DNA of 64,000 bases from Oscillospiraceae bacterium (GTDB taxonomy: Bacteria > Bacillota > Clostridia > TANB77 > CAG-508), in contig WQVL01000004.1 of NCBI GenBank assembly GCA_009785865.1, positions 5 through 64,004 on the forward strand, given 5' to 3'. Both the position numbers and the translations under genes were made by a program. This document shows, in pieces, positions 9,417 to 21,356 of this stretch. Numbering within the stretch: the stretch's first letter is position 1; every line of letters begins with the position of its first letter. Under the pieces are notes generated by a model. That model searched no databases and was not told the origin of the DNA. It saw only the letters and a program-made list of their open reading frames with translations.

Positions 9417-10055
9417 ATGTCTTTTTTATCAGAGTTAAGAGAAGAAATAATATCTTTAAAAATGTGGGACAATAATAGCAATTTAAATCAAGATGAACAA
9501 TTAGCAAGGCTATACATTAGAGAAGCCTTTATTAAATCAGGCTTTTTAAATGATCCTACAAAAGAATACCATTTAGAAGTCTTGTTTAAAGAAAAGGAGA
9601 AAGCAGAAGAATTAAAAAACATACTAGATTCCTTTGGTGTTAATAGTAAGATAACCAATAAAGGTAGTGACTTTATGGTGTATATAAAAGAAGGGGAAGA
9701 GATATCCAACTTTTTAGCTTTAATAGGGGCAAATGGGGCAGTAATTAGATTTGAAGAAATACGAGTTGAGAAAGACATGAGGAATAATATTAATAGGATA
9801 GTAAATTGTGAAACAGCAAATCTTAATAAAACAATAGACGCATCAGTAGAACAAATACAAGATATAGAACTTTTGAAGAGCAAAGGTGTATTTGAAGAGT
9901 TAAAGGAGAGTTTAAAAGAAATAGCTATATTAAGAGTAGAGAACCCAGATAGTTCATATGAAGAGCTAGGAAAAATGCTAGAAGAGCCGATTAGCAAGTC
10001 AGGAGTGAGCCATCGCTTGAGTAAGATTTCTGAAATTGCGAGGGAGTATAAGTGA
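9417..10055 (+). CDS. whiA: WhiA-family DNA-binding protein (short form, 212 aa)
   Basis: WhiA-like N-terminus MSFLSELREEI, the NRIVNCETANLNKTIDA motif, and a C-terminal HTH (SGVSHRLSKI). It is shorter than the usual ~315 aa. Confidence 0.55.
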   Translation: MSFLSELREEIISLKMWDNNSNLNQDEQLARLYIREAFIKSGFLNDPTKEYHLEVLFKEKEKAEELKNILDSFGVNSKITNKGSDFMVYIKEGEEISNFLALIGANGAVIRFEEIRVEKDMRNNINRIVNCETANLNKTIDASVEQIQDIELLKSKGVFEELKESLKEIAILRVENPDSSYEELGKMLEEPISKSGVSHRLSKISEIAREYK

Positions 10056-11197
10056 TGAAGGAAATAGGGATATATATACATATACCATTTTGTATAAAGA
10101 AGTGTAGTTATTGTGACTTTATTTCTTTTGATAATAGAGAAGCAAAGATAGACGAGTATATAGCTTCACTAAAAAGAGAAATAGATAGAGTAGGGGTGAA
10201 TAGCTCTACCTATATTAATTATGATCCAATGCAATATAAAGTAAGAACAATATACATAGGAGGTGGAACGCCTTCGTATCTAGAAAGCAGACATATAAAA
10301 GAAGTTCTAAGTGTTCTAAAACTAAGATGGAATGTGGATCAAGATGCAGAAATAACTTTAGAAATGAATCCAGGGACTGTAGATAAGGACAAGCTAAAAG
10401 CGTATAGAGATTTGGGGATAAATAGATTAAGTATAGGGCTTCAATCAGCAAATAATGAAGAGTTAAAGATAATTGATAGGAGCCATACATATGAAGACTT
10501 TTTAGAAGCGTATAAATTAAGTGAGGAGGCAGGATTTGAGAATATAAATGTAGATATAATTCTTGGGCTTCCAAATCAGACTACGAAGAGTTTGCAAATA
10601 ACGATAGATAAAGTTATCTCATTAAAGCCGAAACATATATCTGTATATTCATTAATATTGGAAGAAGGAACAAAACTATATGAGGAGATATCAGAGCATC
10701 TTTTGCCAGATGATAATGAGGAAAGGAAACTGTATTGGAGTACAAAAAAGAGAGTAGAAGAAGCGGGGTATAAGCATTATGAAATATCTAATTACTGTTT
10801 AGAAGGTCATGAATCAAAACACAATTTAGATTGTTGGTATCAAAAAGAATATATAGGGTTTGGATTAGGAGCACATTCATATATAGATGATAGGAGATAT
10901 TCAAACACGTCAGATTTAAATGAATATATATGGTCAGAGGGTAAGCAAAAAACTATTCATGAGACCCAAGACAAGGAATCTAAGATGAAAGAGTATATGT
11001 TGCTGGGATTAAGAAAGATAGAAGGAATAAAGATTTTAGAATTCAAGGATAGATTTGAGGAAGATCCAAATTTGTTATATAGAGATGAGCTAAACATCTT
11101 AGTAGCAAAAGGACTTATAGAGATGGATGATGAGAAGATTAAGCTAACCAATAAAGGAATAGACTTAGCTAATCAAGTTTGGGGCAGCTTCTTATAA
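10052..11197 (+). CDS. hemW: Radical-SAM heme chaperone HemW (HemN-like)
   Basis: Motif IHIPFCIKKCSYCDF, 381 aa, in the conserved position upstream of hrcA-grpE-dnaK. Confidence 0.85.
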   Translation: MMKEIGIYIHIPFCIKKCSYCDFISFDNREAKIDEYIASLKREIDRVGVNSSTYINYDPMQYKVRTIYIGGGTPSYLESRHIKEVLSVLKLRWNVDQDAEITLEMNPGTVDKDKLKAYRDLGINRLSIGLQSANNEELKIIDRSHTYEDFLEAYKLSEEAGFENINVDIILGLPNQTTKSLQITIDKVISLKPKHISVYSLILEEGTKLYEEISEHLLPDDNEERKLYWSTKKRVEEAGYKHYEISNYCLEGHESKHNLDCWYQKEYIGFGLGAHSYIDDRRYSNTSDLNEYIWSEGKQKTIHETQDKESKMKEYMLLGLRKIEGIKILEFKDRFEEDPNLLYRDELNILVAKGLIEMDDEKIKLTNKGIDLANQVWGSFL

Positions 11198-11236
11198 GGC
11201 AAGTGTAGCATAAGACAACTAGATAGCAGGTGTAAA

Positions 11237-12370
11237 ATGAGTAATAAGAATCATAAGTTAATATACCTATACAATATCTTCTACGAGTTAGGTTCTACTG
11301 TAGCAGAAGTTTTTTCTGCAGTTTTGTTATATAGAATGGGTTTTGATTTTGCTCAAATCATACTATTTTTTGGATTAAAGTTTGGAACTATGGGATTGTT
11401 ATCTCCATTTAGTCCATATTCGGTTTCAAGAATTGGAATTGTAAAAAGCAATGCTATAAGTATAATTTCATTAATAGTTGGAAGTTTGCTGCTGATCATG
11501 AACCAAGATAATGTATCAAATTATTTCTTATTAACTTTTATCTTTTTTTCAATAGCTGGTGCGATTAATAATCCTATTGAACATATGATTTCTGCACTAT
11601 ATATAAACCCAGAGCAACGTGGAAAGATAAATGGGATTGTTACTATTATACAAAGAGCTACTGCTATTATATCTATTGCTATTGTAGGACTATTTTTGAA
11701 TAATGCTATTATACTGTACATTTTCATAATAACTACTCTATTTATTTCATTAATACCATATAAAATATTGGTTAAAAATGAAAAGCATGAAAGAAAATAT
11801 AGTATAAAGGAACCTTTTAAACATATATTCAGTAGTTCTTTTAGACAGTATATTCCAACGTTTTCAATGCAATCTTTTCCAATTATTGAAAGAAGTCTTA
11901 TAGCACTTTTTGTTTATGTGTTAGTTGGAGATATAATAGTTTTAAGTTCAATAATTATAGTTGCAAGCGTAATTGAAATGATAATAATCTATGTTTTTGG
12001 AAAAGTAACAGATAGATCAAGCAAAAAAACCTTTTTTGTTGCCACATCATTACGTTCGTTGGTTTCATTGTCTCTAATTTTTTTGAATTTCACAACATTT
12101 CTTTTATATATAATGCAAACTTTTTTTAAGATAACAAATAAAGTTCACCAAAATGTTTTTGGAGTGTTAACGCAAAGAGCTACTAAAGAACAAGTAGATC
12201 CAATTATTTTTACTACCTCTAAAGAGATGGTGCTTTGTTTTACAGAGTTTATTATTCTAATGTTGTTTAGTTTTACGGCGCTATTTATAGAAGATAGAAT
12301 ATTTGTTGTGATATTCCTTTCATCATGTATCTCTGTGTGGATAATGTACTTTAAATGGAGAAATAAATGA
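11237..12370 (+). CDS. Multi-pass membrane protein, MFS-like transporter
   Basis: 377 aa, about 10-12 hydrophobic helices, no recognisable catalytic motifs. Confidence 0.5.
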   Translation: MSNKNHKLIYLYNIFYELGSTVAEVFSAVLLYRMGFDFAQIILFFGLKFGTMGLLSPFSPYSVSRIGIVKSNAISIISLIVGSLLLIMNQDNVSNYFLLTFIFFSIAGAINNPIEHMISALYINPEQRGKINGIVTIIQRATAIISIAIVGLFLNNAIILYIFIITTLFISLIPYKILVKNEKHERKYSIKEPFKHIFSSSFRQYIPTFSMQSFPIIERSLIALFVYVLVGDIIVLSSIIIVASVIEMIIIYVFGKVTDRSSKKTFFVATSLRSLVSLSLIFLNFTTFLLYIMQTFFKITNKVHQNVFGVLTQRATKEQVDPIIFTTSKEMVLCFTEFIILMLFSFTALFIEDRIFVVIFLSSCISVWIMYFKWRNK

Positions 12371-12400
12371 TAGACTTCATATGCATGTGAAATATTCTTT

Positions 12401-12431
12401 ACGGCTACTGTAAATACAGCAGTCGTTTTTT
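12401..12431 (+). terminator. Rho-independent terminator
   Basis: Imperfect stem ACGGCTACTG / CAGCAGTCGT followed by T6. Confidence 0.6.
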
Positions 12432-12444
12432 CTATTAAATTTTT

Positions 12445-12471
12445 TTAGCAAAAGGGGTTGACAAGTGCTAA
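12445..12471 (+). promoter_or_regulatory. CIRCE-like operator overlapping the hrcA promoter
   Basis: TTAGCAAAA-N9-AAGTGCTAA compared with the consensus TTAGCACTC-N9-GAGTGCTAA. It contains the -35 TTGACA (12458-12463). Confidence 0.6.
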
Positions 12472-12487
12472 AATGTATTATAGTATG

Positions 12488-12514
12488 TTAGCAGTCGAGA
12501 ACAAAGTTTGCTAA
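12488..12514 (+). promoter_or_regulatory. CIRCE operator (HrcA binding site)
   Basis: TTAGCAGTC-GAGAACAAA-GTTTGCTAA inverted repeat immediately upstream of hrcA. Confidence 0.8.
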
Positions 12515-12527
12515 AAGGGGTGATGAA

Positions 12528-13542
12528 GTGCTCAGTGAAAGAGGGAAACGTGTACTACAAGCAATAATTGAAGAGTATATAAACACTGCGGAACCGGTTA
12601 GTTCATCAACTATAGTGGAACAATACGGATTAGAATATAGTACGGCTACAATTAGAAATAATATGGTTGAATTAGAGCAATTAGGTTTTTTAGAGAAACC
12701 TCATACATCTGCAGGAAGAATTCCGTCAGCAAAAGGTTATCGATTTTATGTGGATGAACTTTTGAATGATGAGAAGATTAGCTTAGACGAAATTCAATAT
12801 ATCAAAAGCAGTTTAGAAACAAAAGTAAATGAAATTGAAGATTTAGCTAAAATTGCAACAAATACGCTATCTGAAATAACTCACTATACTACAGTTTCTA
12901 TAGGGCCTGATTCTAGCAAACATATAATAGAGGATATAAAGTTCGTGCTATTAGGAAATAGAATTTTGATGGCAGCTATTTTGACAGATAGTGGAGCTAT
13001 TAAAGAAACGATCATAAAGTTTGATGATGACATTTCAGGATCGCAAGTTGATGGATTAAATTATATCTTCAATAATAGACTAAGAGGAAAGCCGCTTGAG
13101 AAGATAACTGGCTCAATGGAAGAATATATAATGTCAGCTATGTGTGAGCAAGCTAATGTTATAAAGCCGATATTAAGTCAAATGAATAAAGCAATTGAAG
13201 AAGAAGCAAAGGTTTATTTAAAAGGTGCAAATAGAGTATTTGATTTTCCGGAGTTTAAAAAGATAGATACAGCTAAAAATTTCTTAAGCATATTAGATGC
13301 AAAAGACCGAATGATGGAACTTTTAAATACAGGGTTTGCTAGCGAAATTAATGTATATATTGGTGAGGAAAATAATGATGAAGAACTCAAAGACTTAAGT
13401 GTAATTACCTTTAAGCATATGGTCCGGAGAGAAAGATTGTGGAACGATAGGGATAATAGGCCCCAAGAGAATGGACTATTCTAAAGTTATTTCAGTTATG
13501 AAATATATAAGCAAAAAACTAAATGAAAATTTAGATGAATGA
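12528..13542 (+). CDS. hrcA: Heat-inducible transcription repressor HrcA (one +1 shift)
   Basis: HrcA N-terminal winged helix. The C-terminus FKHMV-G-EKDCGTIGIIGPKRMDYSKVISVMKYI is recovered by +1 at in-frame CGG 13425. GTG start. Confidence 0.88.
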
Positions 13543-13600
13543 GTTTAACTTTTAGTTATGGAAAGTACAAAAAATATATAAACGAAAGAAGGATGATAGT

Positions 13601-14122
13601 GTGGAAAATATAGAAGGAAAATTAGAAAATGCTGAATGTGGATGTGGCTGTGGATGCGAGAATGAATCTTGCGAATGTTCACAAACCGAGACAACACAAG
13701 TGGAAAAAGAGTTAGAAGAAACAACAGATAGATTGAAAAGAGTAATGGCAGAGTTTGAAAACTATAAGAAGAGGGAAGCGAAGGAAAAAGAGATGTTACA
13801 CAAAACAGTAATATCAGATATAGTAAGTTCTTTACTGCCTGTGATAGATAACTTAGAACATGCAACTAATACGAATACAGAAGATGAAGGATATAAGCAA
13901 GGTGTAGGATTAGTACTAAAGCAGTTCTTAGATGTTTTAAAATCTTTTGGAGTAGAACAAATAGAAACTGTAGGGAAAACATTTGACCCAGAAGTGCACG
14001 AAGCAGTAAGCAGTGTGCAAGACGAAACACTTGGTGAAAAAGAGATAAACGCTGAACTAAGAAAAGGATATAAAGTAGGTTCAAAAGTAATTAGACACGC
14101 TATGGTTAGTGTGGCTAACTAA
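13601..14122 (+). CDS. grpE: Nucleotide exchange factor GrpE
   Basis: GrpE core (RxxAEFENYKKR ... HEA) with an unusual Cys-rich N-terminus ECGCGCGCENESCEC. GTG start. Confidence 0.85.
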   Translation: MENIEGKLENAECGCGCGCENESCECSQTETTQVEKELEETTDRLKRVMAEFENYKKREAKEKEMLHKTVISDIVSSLLPVIDNLEHATNTNTEDEGYKQGVGLVLKQFLDVLKSFGVEQIETVGKTFDPEVHEAVSSVQDETLGEKEINAELRKGYKVGSKVIRHAMVSVAN

Positions 14123-14240
14123 AATAGTTATTAATTTAAGATAGCTGTTCGACCAAAGAGAGTTACAGATATCTTACGCAAAGAGCGATAGCGATTCTGC
14201 GTATCAAAAAAATATAAAAAAACAAAATTTTAAAATTTAG

Positions 14241-16133
<1,893 letters not shown>

Positions 16134-16148
16134 TAATATGATGATATA

Positions 16149-16178
16149 GGGTTGGGCGATCCTGCCTAACCCGATTTT
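16149..16178 (+). terminator. Rho-independent terminator/attenuator after dnaK
   Basis: Stem GGGTTGGGC / GCCTAACCC followed by GATTTT. Confidence 0.6.
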
Positions 16179-16312
16179 CATTAATCAAGAAAGTAATTTT
16201 TTAGTAGCATGTTTTGTTATGCTTAATGCAGCCCAGAACATTCGGGATATATTAAGGATAGCAAAAATTAAGGATGGCAAAATGAATATTTTAGTTTTAC
16301 AAGGAGAGAACA

Positions 16313-17471
16313 ATGGCAAATAAAAGAGACTATTATGATATATTAGGTGTAGGTAAAGATGTAACAGATGATGAACTCAAAAAAGCATATAGAAAATTAG
16401 CAAAGGAACATCATCCGGATGCAAATACTGATAATAAAGAAGCTGCAGAAGCAAAATTTAAAGAAGTTTCTGAAGCGTATGAAGTGCTGTCAGATAGCCA
16501 AAAACGTCAGTCGTATGACCGATTCCGGGCATGACGGACCTCAAGGATTTGGAGGAGGCAACCCAGGAGGTGGAGGATATTACTCGTATTCTTCATCAGG
16601 TTTTGATGGGTTTGGTGATTTTGGAGATGTAGGAGATATATTTTCCTCTATTTTCGGTGGATCTGGATTTGGAGGAAGAACCAGCAGACAAAGAACTGGC
16701 CCTAGAAAAGGTAAAGACTTAAAATATAACATGGAAATTACTTTTGAAGATTCATATTTAGGAATTAAAAGAGATATTTCGATACATAGAGAAGAAGCTT
16801 GTGGAACATGCAATGGGACTAAAGCTAAGCCAGGAACAAAAGTAGATACATGTTCTTCTTGTCAAGGAACAGGAACAATTAGACAGACGGTATCAACTAT
16901 ATTAGGACATATGCAAACAACGAGATCATGTGGTACATGTGGTGGAGAAGGTAAAGTTATAGCAGAAAAATGCGGAGTATGTAGAGGAAAAGGGAGAGTA
17001 AGAAAAGAAGTAAAGATATCGGTTAGTATTCCTCCTGGAATTGATGATAATCAAACAGTAGTACTTAGAAATGAAGGGGAAGTAGGAGAAAAGGGCGGAA
17101 CAAGAGGAGATCTATATATCGTAGTTAGTGTCAAGAAACATAAAGTATTTTCAAGGAAAAATGATAATGTGGTATGTGATATACCAATTACATTTACACA
17201 AGCTACACTAGGAGCAGAACTTAAAATACCTATGGTAAATGGAGAAAATGAGACATATAAAATATCAGAAGCAACGCAGACAGGAACAAGGTTTGTTATT
17301 AAAAACAAAGGATTTAGTAGCGTTAATGGAAATTGGAAAGGTGATTTCATATTTACTGTTGTTGTTCAAACCCCAAAAAAATTAACACCAGAACAAAGAG
17401 AGCTAATAGCGAAACTTGCACAAACTATGAATGAGCAACCACCAGTTAAGAAAAAAGGTATATTTGGATAA
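16313..17471 (+). CDS. dnaJ: Co-chaperone DnaJ (one +1 shift)
   Basis: J domain with HPD, G/F-rich region, four CxxCxG zinc-finger repeats. Fragments 16313-16534 and 16419-17471 join at in-frame CGG 16526 ([16 protein letters not shown]). Confidence 0.92.
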
Positions 17472-17677
17472 AGGGAAGCTTGAGAGAGTTTTCTTTGACG
17501 AAGTGAACAACCTTGATGATAGTGTAAAAAAGTTAGCTAATCACAAATGGGCTAACCACAATTAATACACTTTGGGCGCATTTGTGCCCAGTTATATAGC
17601 TAAATATTTATACTAAATTAAGGTGTGTTCGCGCAATATAATATACGAAAAGATATGATTTAAATGCGGAGGTAATT

Positions 17678-18449
17678 ATGCCAAAGTTTTTTGTAAAAGG
17701 AGATCAAATTAGTGGTGAAGAGATAACCATAATTGGTCAAGATGTGAATCACATAATAAACGTTTTGAGAATGAATGAAGGAGATAGAGTTAATATATGC
17801 GATATTAACTCTAAAACTAATTATGTGGCAATGATTGGAGATGTGAGTGATATTAGTGCTACTAACGATTCGATTGCTCTTAAATGCAAAATAGTGGAGA
17901 AATTAGAATCAGATGTAGAGTCAAACATACATATAAATATATTTCAGGGGTTACCTAAAGCAGATAAAATGGAGTATATCATACAAAAAAATGTGGAAAT
18001 AGGTGTAAATGAAATAACACCAGTAAAAATGAAAAGATGTATTGTTAAATTAGATGATAAAAGTGCAACTAAGAAGATAGACAGATGGAAGCAAATAGCG
18101 TTATCAGCAGCAAAGCAAAGTGGGAGAGACTATGTGCCGGAAGTAAAAGACATTATAGATATAAAAGACATTTGTAATTTGACTGGAAATTATGATATAG
18201 TTTTGCTAGCATATGAAGATGAAAAATCAGTTCAATTAAAAGAAGCGTTGAAACAATTTAGGAATAGAGAAACTGAGAGTTTACGCATTGCAGTCATAAT
18301 AGGACCGGAAGGCGGACTAGAGGAATCTGAAGTGGAAATGTTAAAAGAAGCTGGGGTAAAGTCAGTTTCTTTAGGAAAAAGAATACTTAGAACCGAAACT
18401 GCTCGGATTAGTAATGTCAGCTAATATATTGTATGATTTAGAAAATTAA
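17678..18449 (+). CDS. rsmE: 16S rRNA (uracil1498-N3)-methyltransferase RsmE (one +1 shift)
   Basis: RsmE/YqeU family (PUA-like N-domain, IGPEGGL motif). The C-terminus RTETA-G-LVMSANILYDLEN is recovered by +1 at CGG 18404. Confidence 0.8.
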
Positions 18450-18467
18450 GATATATGAGGAGAGAAA

Positions 18468-19061
18468 ATGAATAAGGAACTTCCTGCAAAAATTGAAGAA
18501 ATTCAAAAGAGAAAGAGATTGCCAGCAGAAGCTAGCAAATCAATATGTAAGAAAATATATATTGACTATGCAGTGGGAATTATAACGTTAATATACTTTA
18601 TATATATTATATTAGCTAGTATGTTTCTAGTGCAAAGTGTGTTTGAGGTTATTAGTAGGGTATCAACATTTACAATTTTAGCTTTAGCTATAACTGCATT
18701 TGAAATTTCATATAGAAAGAATGAATTGAAGTTAAAAATGACGGGAGAAGACTCTGAGAAGTCAGCTCAAAGCAATGGCAGTGGAAGACTAGCTATGTAT
18801 GGTATTGAGTTAATGGGAATAGCAACATTTACTTTGTTTATACCGCATATTTTAAAAGAACTAGCTGGACGAGCTGCGACTAATATAATGCTTTTAGCGA
18901 TATTTGTGGTAGTGTATTATTGTATTACAAAATCTATTTTTGTATATAAGTATAGAGTAAGAGAATATGAAAGAGCAGTGAGCGATATAACAGAGATAAT
19001 CAAGAAAGAGCCAAAAAGAAAGAAAAAAGATACAGGAAAGGCGGAGTTGTCAAATGATTAA
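18468..19061 (+). CDS. Hypothetical membrane protein
   Basis: 197 aa, four predicted TM segments, Lys-rich tail. Confidence 0.5.
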   Translation: MNKELPAKIEEIQKRKRLPAEASKSICKKIYIDYAVGIITLIYFIYIILASMFLVQSVFEVISRVSTFTILALAITAFEISYRKNELKLKMTGEDSEKSAQSNGSGRLAMYGIELMGIATFTLFIPHILKELAGRAATNIMLLAIFVVVYYCITKSIFVYKYRVREYERAVSDITEIIKKEPKRKKKDTGKAELSND

Positions 19062-19929
19062 AAGCATGACAGGGTTTGGAAGAAGCAAGTATGAAACTAA
19101 CTCAAGAGAATATTTAGTTGAGATTAAATCAGTTAACAACAGGTATAATGATGTTAATATCAAAATGTCGAGAGTAATAAGCTACTTAGAAGAAAAGGTT
19201 AAGAAAGTTATTACAAATAGTGTATCTAGAGGGAAAATAGATATATATGTTGGAATGGTAAATAACAGCGAGAAGGGTAAGAAGATTACTCTAAATGAAG
19301 AACTTGCAAAAGCATATATAAGTGAATTAAAGAAATTGTCTAAAGAGGATATTTCAAATGACATTAGTATAATGGAGATATCTAAACTTCCAGAAGTTTT
19401 CACTATAAGGACAGAAGATGATGATGAAGAAATAATCTGGGAAGAAGTATCGGTATGTTTAAATACGGCTATAGAAAACTTTATACAGATGAGGGAAGTG
19501 GAAGGACAAAAAATTAAAGAAGATATCGAAAGTAGAGTAAAAGTAATTACAGAAAAGGTAGAAAGAATAAGTGAAATTTCTGGAGGACTTGTAGAAGAGT
19601 ATATAGCTAAACTAGAGAAGAGAATAAATGAAATGTTACAAAATACTGTAATTGATGAAACAAGATTGGCGCAAGAGGTAGTTATATATTCAGATAAGTG
19701 TTCAATAGAAGAAGAATTAACAAGGTTTAGAAGTCATATTTCGCAATTTGTAGAGTTACTGAATGCAGATGCTGGGGTGGGTAAAAAACTAGACTTTTTA
19801 ATACAAGAGATTAATAGAGAAATAAATACTATTGGGTCAAAAGCTAATAGCTTAGAAATAACAAATTTAGTAGTTGATATTAAGGCTGAAATGGAGAATA
19901 TCCGTGAACAAGTTCAGAACGTTGAATAA
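19054..19929 (+). CDS. yicC: YicC/YloC-family stress-induced protein
   Basis: Starts MIKSMTGFGR, 291 aa, C-terminal DUF1732-like EINRExNTIGSKA motif. Sits in the conserved yloC-remA-gmk-rpoZ neighbourhood. Confidence 0.8.
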   Translation: MIKSMTGFGRSKYETNSREYLVEIKSVNNRYNDVNIKMSRVISYLEEKVKKVITNSVSRGKIDIYVGMVNNSEKGKKITLNEELAKAYISELKKLSKEDISNDISIMEISKLPEVFTIRTEDDDEEIIWEEVSVCLNTAIENFIQMREVEGQKIKEDIESRVKVITEKVERISEISGGLVEEYIAKLEKRINEMLQNTVIDETRLAQEVVIYSDKCSIEEELTRFRSHISQFVELLNADAGVGKKLDFLIQEINREINTIGSKANSLEITNLVVDIKAEMENIREQVQNVE

Positions 19930-19990
19930 TTTCTACTGGACTTGTAGAAGAATATATAGTATTATTATGAGGTAAAGGAATGGTGAGGAC

Positions 19991-20248
19991 ATGGAGTTTA
20001 TAAATATTGGATTTGGGAATATAGTAAATGCAAATAGAATCATATCAATTGTCAGTCCAGACTCTGCACCTATCAAAAGAATTATACAAGAAGCAAAGGA
20101 TAATAAGACAGCAGTAGATGCAACATCTGGAAGACGTACTAGAGCAGTACTTATCATGGATTCAGGCCATATAATATTGTCAGCAGTGCAACCTGAAACA
20201 GTAGCAGGAAGGGTAGACAAAACAGAAATAGAAGAAAAGAAAAAATAA
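19991..20248 (+). CDS. remA: RemA/YlzA (DUF370) regulator
   Basis: 85 aa, [28 protein letters not shown] is characteristic of the family. Confidence 0.85.
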   Translation: MEFINIGFGNIVNANRIISIVSPDSAPIKRIIQEAKDNKTAVDATSGRRTRAVLIMDSGHIILSAVQPETVAGRVDKTEIEEKKK

Positions 20249-20290
20249 GCCCACCCATAAGAGGGCCTCAAGAATAAAGGAGTTATAGAG

Positions 20291-20479
20291 ATGATAATAA
20301 AACCAACAGTTACAGAGTTATTAGAAGTAATGGAAAACAGATTTGAATTAGTAATAGTTACAGCAAAAAGGGCAAGACAGATTACAGCCGGAAGCAAGTC
20401 TTTAACAAAAGTTCAAGAGGAGTCTAGTGTTACACTTGCTGCAAACGAAATTGCAGAAGGAAGGGTAGTAAAATGCTAG
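20291..20479 (+). CDS. rpoZ: RNA polymerase omega subunit
   Basis: 62 aa, NRFELVIVTAKRARQI motif. Confidence 0.85.
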   Translation: MIIKPTVTELLEVMENRFELVIVTAKRARQITAGSKSLTKVQEESSVTLAANEIAEGRVVKC

Positions 20480-21051
20480 TATTGTTATCTGGAGTTTCTG
20501 GTTCAGGAAAAGATACCATAAAAAAAGAATTGATGAAAAGAATGGAATGTCTTGCAACTATGCCATCATACACAGACAGAGCACCAAGAGCAGGTGAAGT
20601 AGAAGCAAATGTATATAATTTTGTAACGACTGAAGAGTTTGAACAAAAAATTAAAGAAGAAGAATTCTATGAATACTCAGTACATCATGAGCATTTTTAT
20701 GGGACATCAAGAAAAGTGTTAAATGAGAGAGTAAACAGTGGAAAAATTATTGTAAAAGATATAGATGTGAATGGAACAGAGAATCTTTTAAAAGTATTAG
20801 ATGATGATTTAAAAATAGTTACTATTTTCTTAAGAGTGCCTAGAGAAGAACTAAGAGAGAGACTAGAAAACAGAGAAGGTAAGGAGAAAATAAAGGAAAT
20901 AGAACTAAGGTTAAACAGATTTGATTATGAAGAGTCTAAAATTGGTTTGTATGACTATGTTTTAAAGAATGATGATTTAGAAAAAACTGTGCAGATAATA
21001 ATGACTATAATAGAGAGTGAATACAAATGTAGTGAAAGACTAGAAGCTTAA
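20473..21051 (+). CDS. gmk: Guanylate kinase-like protein
   Basis: P-loop SGVSGSGKDT, TDRAPRAGEVEANVYNFV and FYGTS motifs. Overlaps the rpoZ stop by 7 nt. Confidence 0.7.
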   Translation: MLVLLSGVSGSGKDTIKKELMKRMECLATMPSYTDRAPRAGEVEANVYNFVTTEEFEQKIKEEEFYEYSVHHEHFYGTSRKVLNERVNSGKIIVKDIDVNGTENLLKVLDDDLKIVTIFLRVPREELRERLENREGKEKIKEIELRLNRFDYEESKIGLYDYVLKNDDLEKTVQIIMTIIESEYKCSERLEA

Positions 21052-21074
21052 TAGTAAAGTTATAGAATAATAAA

Positions 21075-21105
21075 AGAGTATCAAGTTAGTCTGATATTCT
21101 TTTTT
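21075..21105 (+). terminator. Rho-independent terminator
   Basis: Stem AGAGTATCA / TGATATTCT plus T-run. Confidence 0.7.
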
Positions 21106-21131
21106 AGTGCAACGAAAGCAAGAATGGAATG

Positions 21132-21160
21132 TTGACATAATTGGTTAAATGTTGTAAAAT
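21132..21160 (+). promoter_or_regulatory. SigA-type promoter of the GC-rich eda-like gene
   Basis: TTGACA (21132-21137), 17-nt spacer, TAAAAT (21155-21160). It is followed by a ~195-nt leader containing the hairpin ATGACG...CGTCAT. Confidence 0.6.
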
Positions 21161-21356
21161 ATAAGACAAATCTAAGTTTAAGCGATGACGGTCTAGTGAC
21201 GTCATTGTGAGACTCAGAAAATAATAAGAGAGGAGAATGTCGCTGTGAGTAATTTTAGTTTGCAAGGACAGAACGTACGGCTAGATGAATGAGTACTATT
21301 ATTTATCAAGTTAGTAGTAACGATGCAAGACAAAAAAATTACAAGGAGGACATTCC

